Source: Anthoceros angustus (lineage: Eukaryota; Plantae; Anthocerotophyta). Taken from it: a stretch of 64,000 bases of DNA. This document shows, in pieces, positions 62,847 through 64,000 of the stretch. Position 1 is the first letter of the stretch; every line of letters starts with the position of its first letter. The DNA is taken from positions 867,884 to 931,883 of the forward strand of contig MU008180.1 of NCBI GenBank assembly GCA_010909165.1, read 5' to 3'. The translations under genes were made by a program, and so were the position numbers. Below the pieces are notes generated by a model. That model ran no database searches, had not been told where the DNA came from, and saw only the letters and a program-made list of their open reading frames with translations.

Positions 62847-64000
62847 CAAGCAGGAACTCGTGTGAAATGCAAACTCTGGTTGCTCTTTACAGCAATCTCT
62901 CCAGGACGGCTTCTCAATACCTCGTGCGTCAGATTGAGCTTCTCCAGCACAGCATCTGCCATTTCCAGCCTATTCCAGAACTACACAAAATCTGTCTCCG
63001 GCGTAGCACAGCATTCACAACGTGGTCTTACCCACCTCTAAACCGATCCCACATGCCTTCTCCACCCTCCGTGCTCACGGCGCACATCATCATGTTCCTT
63101 GCCTAGCTTATTAATCTTGCATGCCCGTTTAACACATGCACGCAGGCCGCATTGCCTAAAGCCATCCAAACTTCGGGCTTGACAAACCCTGCTGGTGCGG
63201 CTGAGCTTCTGCAACGATCAAACATGTGTCGGCAGCATTGTTCGAGCTGGATTTGCGAACTATTCTGAGCCCAGTCTGTTGAATACGCACTTCGGAGCTC
63301 CAATTCTGGGCGGAGGAATCTGCCGCACTTCACAAGGGCTTGACAGGGCAATTCCTCAGGGCAGTTGTACGGACATCAATCACCACGTCACGATTGCCTC
63401 CAGATGCTCGCTTGAAGACAATCCGAAGCCAAGATCGCACCTGAGCTCCAGACACCGTGAGACGGTTTGTTTACCGTTCATCACCGGTATCCCCGTCACC
63501 AGTCACTGGCAGTGTCCAGTTCCCCCTAATGTCAGACCTTTTCCACCAAGAAACAGGTACAAATTTTAATAAATCTTGGATCGATGTCCTGAGCTTATGG
63601 TTTACTGATTTGCTACCAAATCTATAAAAGTGGCTGGATATGAATCATACAGGCAACTCGATTTTTATAAGGTGAACGAACAACAATTTGAATATGGAGC
63701 ATTATGATACGGGATGAAAAGTCAAAGGGAACGAAAATATATAAATGATCATCAATAATTCAAAAGCATTTCCAAATGGAAATAGTATCTAAGCTTTAAT
63801 ATATATTTAAGAATTTCAACCTCATAGTTCGTCTTAAAATTTATTCAAGAGCTTGGTAGATGTCAATATGCGCCATCCACATTTCTCCCCAGAACTAGAG
63901 ACTGGACTAGGAGATGTAGAAGAAGCAGAGAGTAGACCAGGAGAAGTGGAAGAACCAAAGACTAGATTAGCAGAAGCAGAAGGATCGGCGAATTTACAAT

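Noticed and set aside
63830-64000. Ser/Pro-rich open frame at the window end as the 3' end of a minus-strand gene
   Set aside because: It is truncated by the window edge, has no recognisable motif, and both strands are open.
1-64000. CRISPR arrays, rRNA, tRNA or snoRNA genes
   Set aside because: No repeat-spacer periodicity, rRNA motifs or cloverleaf with A/B boxes were seen. Weak C/D-box-like words near 39520-39610 lack a terminal stem.

Overview
Eukaryotic nuclear DNA from a streptophyte plant with flagellated sperm. Lineage is inferred from a kintoun/DNAAF2 gene alongside land-plant-type genes and short introns; a bryophyte such as a hornwort, or a lycophyte/fern, fits. The window has two sharply separated halves. 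(1) 1 to ~37.3 kb is a gene-free block of decayed, nested transposable elements, nearly all on the minus strand. It holds a non-chromodomain Ty3/Gypsy element whose ~2.7 kb LTR-like unit (3 copies) carries a decayed ORF, and two segmentally duplicated copies of a DDE DNA transposon of an unusual family (DFAxNY / QxEIQS / SDG / GHG motifs) with a convergent accessory ORF. It also holds a second Ty3/Gypsy element whose protease gene is split by a 7.15 kb TIR element with CCCTACTAGAAA termini, subterminal repeats and a probable 3-bp TSD; a 2.7 kb tandem duplication spans that junction. (2) 37.6-64 kb is gene-dense: BAHD acyltransferase, PHD-finger/Tudor-like protein, IMPACT, vacuolar-type NHX antiporter, PPIE-like RRM protein, a very long intronless F-box protein, a frameshifted GT37 fucosyltransferase and kintoun/DNAAF2. 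I found no rRNA, tRNA or CRISPR array. All family assignments come from motif recognition by eye, not database searches, and TE boundaries are approximate unless a terminal motif is cited.
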